64,000 bases of DNA from Bacilli bacterium (GTDB taxonomy: Bacteria > Bacillota_I > Bacilli_A > ML615J-28 > CAG-698): positions 7,193 through 71,192 of the forward strand of contig JAGCUR010000005.1 in NCBI GenBank assembly GCA_017962745.1. Reading direction: 5' to 3'. The position numbers were made by a program, and so were the translations under genes. A model generated the notes under the pieces. It saw only the letters and a list, made by a program, of their open reading frames with translations, was not told the DNA's origin and made no database searches. How positions within the stretch are numbered: position 1 is the stretch's first letter; every line of letters begins with the position of its first letter. Positions 61,734 through 64,000 of the stretch are shown one piece after another.

Positions 61734-63944
61734 GTTTCCACGATATTCTACACAAAGCATTGTTAAATCGTCGAATTGTTCCGCATCCTTAACAAATTCA
61801 TTTACTTCTTTGCGGACAGTTTCTAATATTTCTTTTGGAGATGCATTGCCTGCTTTATTTAAAGCAACAACCATTCTATCCATTCCAAATAATTCTTTTT
61901 CACTGTTAGTAGCTTCTGGAACACCATCTGTATAAATGAATAACCTACTGCCAGGTTCTAGCATAATATCATATTCTTTATATTTAGCACCATCAATTCC
62001 ACCGATAACAAATCCATGTTTATCTTTGAATATTTCAAAATTACCATTTGGTTGTTTAACAACTGGATATTCGTGACCGGCATTAGCAGCAGTTAACTTA
62101 CCAGTCGATATTTCTAAAATACCCAACCATACGGTAACAAACATTTCTTCGCGGTTATTAGAACAAATTGCTAAGTTAGTATCGGTAAGAATTTGAGCTG
62201 GTGATTTACCCATTTGGGCATTATTAGCTAAGATGATCATTGATGCCATCATGAATAGTGCAGCAGGTACTCCTTTACCACTTACATCAGCGATAAAGAT
62301 ACATAAGTGATCATCATCTACTAAGAAGAAGTCGTAGAAGTCGCCACCTACTTCTTTGGCTGGGTCCATTGATGCATAAACATCAATTTCTGGACGTTCT
62401 GGGAAGGCTGGATAAATGTTAGGTAACATATCAGCTTGAATACGAGTAGCAAGTGATAATTCAGCTCCGATTCTTTCTTTTTCGGCTGATATTCTAGCAA
62501 CCTCAGATATATACTTAACAGTCTTTTCTGATAACATTGCAAATGATTCCGCAAGTAACTCAATCTCATCATGAGTACGATATTCATCTTCCATAACGAA
62601 TTGCAAATTATCGCCATCTAGTGATTGGATACGTTTTGTAATTGTTTCTAATGGTTTTACAATACGCTTAGATAAAATTAGTGAAGCCGTAATGGCTAAA
62701 ATTACAATGATTGCAAGTAACACAATGATTGTCATCTTAGTTTGCGAAATACCTTTATTGTATGAGATAGTAGCATCATCTTTAATAGTGTCTAATTGGT
62801 CGATCATCATAGTAGTTGGCAGGTCAGCAAGTGACTTTGGTACAACACTTATAATTGCCCAGCCAACGCTAGCTATTGGGGCACCAGCTACATAATTTAA
62901 GCCATCAGATAATTCGATTAAACGCAGATTAGTACTTTCACTCATTGCATCGTTAATAAATGCAGCGAGTTGTGTGTTAGAAGATTGTCTTAAGTCTTCT
63001 GCTTCTTCTGCAGGTACCACTCTAAATTCACCAGTTGTTTGCGGTGAGAATAAGACATGACCGTTTTGATTAACGATACATACGAAGCTACCACTTCGAG
63101 CTGTAGCATTAACTGCTGCTGATACATCATTTAAGAATAAGTCGGCCCCAATTACAGCTACTAATTCTTCTCCTTGATAAACAGGTAGTGAGCACATAAT
63201 ACTAATTTCATTGGTGAATAAGTCAGTCGTAACATCAGTGAAATGTATTTTTCTAGATTGAACTGCTCCTGTATACCATAATCGTTCACGAATAGGAATT
63301 GATAATAAGTTGCCATTATCATCAAACTTTGATTTTGAATGATCATCAACTAGTAGCATTACACCATCAGGTAATGCACAATAGCAAGAATCAACTTTGG
63401 CATCCGAATAAACTGCCATCATTAATTCTGATAAGTTACCGATAAGTCCTAACTTAGCGCTAATCGTAGGATCATCTAAATCAACGCCTTCTTCTTTTAG
63501 AACTTGCATGGTAATCTCGCCATCTTTGTTAATATCTGGTAGTTCCACATCTCTTGCTGGATAATCACCAGGATTAGCAAATAGCTTACTAGTATAATCA
63601 GCAATTATATTAACAATTTTAATCGTATCATCGAATAAATCTTCCGCGATATATGCTTCCATTTGAATACTTTGAAGCATATTAGAATCTAATAATGCTG
63701 TCATAGTTTGTTCAGAAATGGATGTAATTGAATCATTTTGTGCTTCATTTGTATTACGTACTAGATTAGTCAATCTACCACTTTGATAAAATACAACTGC
63801 CGCAAAAGCAGCCATCATCAAAATAATCGTAATAAGCACTAAATTAAATATCTTCTGTTGGATACCACCGATTGTAATGTTTTTAAATTTCTTCATATAC
63901 TCATACCATTCCCATTCTAAATCACTACCCGTAAGGGTTATCAT
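61719..63944 (-). CDS. Membrane sensor PP2C (RsbU/SpoIIE-type) phosphatase with large extracytoplasmic ligand-binding domain and HAMP linker
   Basis: TM1, extracytoplasmic domain of about 350 aa, TM2, HAMP; PP2C motifs GGDFYDFFLVDDDHLCIFIADVSGKGVPAALFM and FDDLTMLCVEY; no kinase domain; 741 aa. Confidence 0.75.
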   Translation of the reverse strand: MITLTGSDLEWEWYEYMKKFKNITIGGIQQKIFNLVLITIILMMAAFAAVVFYQSGRLTNLVRNTNEAQNDSITSISEQTMTALLDSNMLQSIQMEAYIAEDLFDDTIKIVNIIADYTSKLFANPGDYPARDVELPDINKDGEITMQVLKEEGVDLDDPTISAKLGLIGNLSELMMAVYSDAKVDSCYCALPDGVMLLVDDHSKSKFDDNGNLLSIPIRERLWYTGAVQSRKIHFTDVTTDLFTNEISIMCSLPVYQGEELVAVIGADLFLNDVSAAVNATARSGSFVCIVNQNGHVLFSPQTTGEFRVVPAEEAEDLRQSSNTQLAAFINDAMSESTNLRLIELSDGLNYVAGAPIASVGWAIISVVPKSLADLPTTMMIDQLDTIKDDATISYNKGISQTKMTIIVLLAIIVILAITASLILSKRIVKPLETITKRIQSLDGDNLQFVMEDEYRTHDEIELLAESFAMLSEKTVKYISEVARISAEKERIGAELSLATRIQADMLPNIYPAFPERPEIDVYASMDPAKEVGGDFYDFFLVDDDHLCIFIADVSGKGVPAALFMMASMIILANNAQMGKSPAQILTDTNLAICSNNREEMFVTVWLGILEISTGKLTAANAGHEYPVVKQPNGNFEIFKDKHGFVIGGIDGAKYKEYDIMLEPGSRLFIYTDGVPEATNSEKELFGMDRMVVALNKAGNASPKEILETVRKEVNEFVKDAEQFDDLTMLCVEYRGNKKED

Positions 63945-64000
63945 TCATATAATATCATTGTATCATAAACTACCCCCTATTTCATAATCTTTTTAATATG

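Overview
The window is an AT-rich (about 30% GC) chromosomal segment with standard-code ORFs, almost all on the minus strand and tightly packed. Gene content and synteny look like a reduced low-GC Gram-positive or Mollicutes-like genome (Acholeplasma/Erysipelotrichia type). plsX abuts rnc with no fab or acpP genes, and DnaD, WhiA, Lgt, AddAB and the tsaEB-rimI-tsaD block are present. The first 47 kb is mostly conserved housekeeping: gmk (partial), rqcH, nth, dnaD, rnc, plsX, recG, yloV, lgt, whiA, uvrA, ligA, pcrA, glnS, a B3/4 protein, tsaD/rimI/tsaB/tsaE, pgi, an S1 protein, a NifU-like protein, ktrBA, one tRNA-Pro(CGG), addBA and rmuC. Three things stand out. First, a 1472-aa protein has a histone-H1-like Lys/Ala/Pro N-terminal tail followed by more than 1000 aa of coiled coil. 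It is translationally coupled to a two-TM membrane protein and a CvpA-like protein. Second, a dense minus-strand cluster at 54.2-63.9 kb encodes a partner-switching-type signalling module with no sigma factor in sight. It has two membrane sensor PP2C phosphatases, one of them fused to an RsbW-type GHKL serine kinase. It has two STAS antagonists, one of them fused to an APH/protein-kinase-like domain. It also has an AzoR-like flavoprotein, a secreted PTP-like phosphatase, an HD hydrolase and an orphan glgB. Third, a DUF4160 remnant plus a DUF2442-HTH fusion is driven by a textbook TTGACA-17-TATAAT promoter, and a perfect 9-bp inverted repeat lies in that promoter's spacer. All calls come from reading the translations and DNA by eye. 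No database searches were run.
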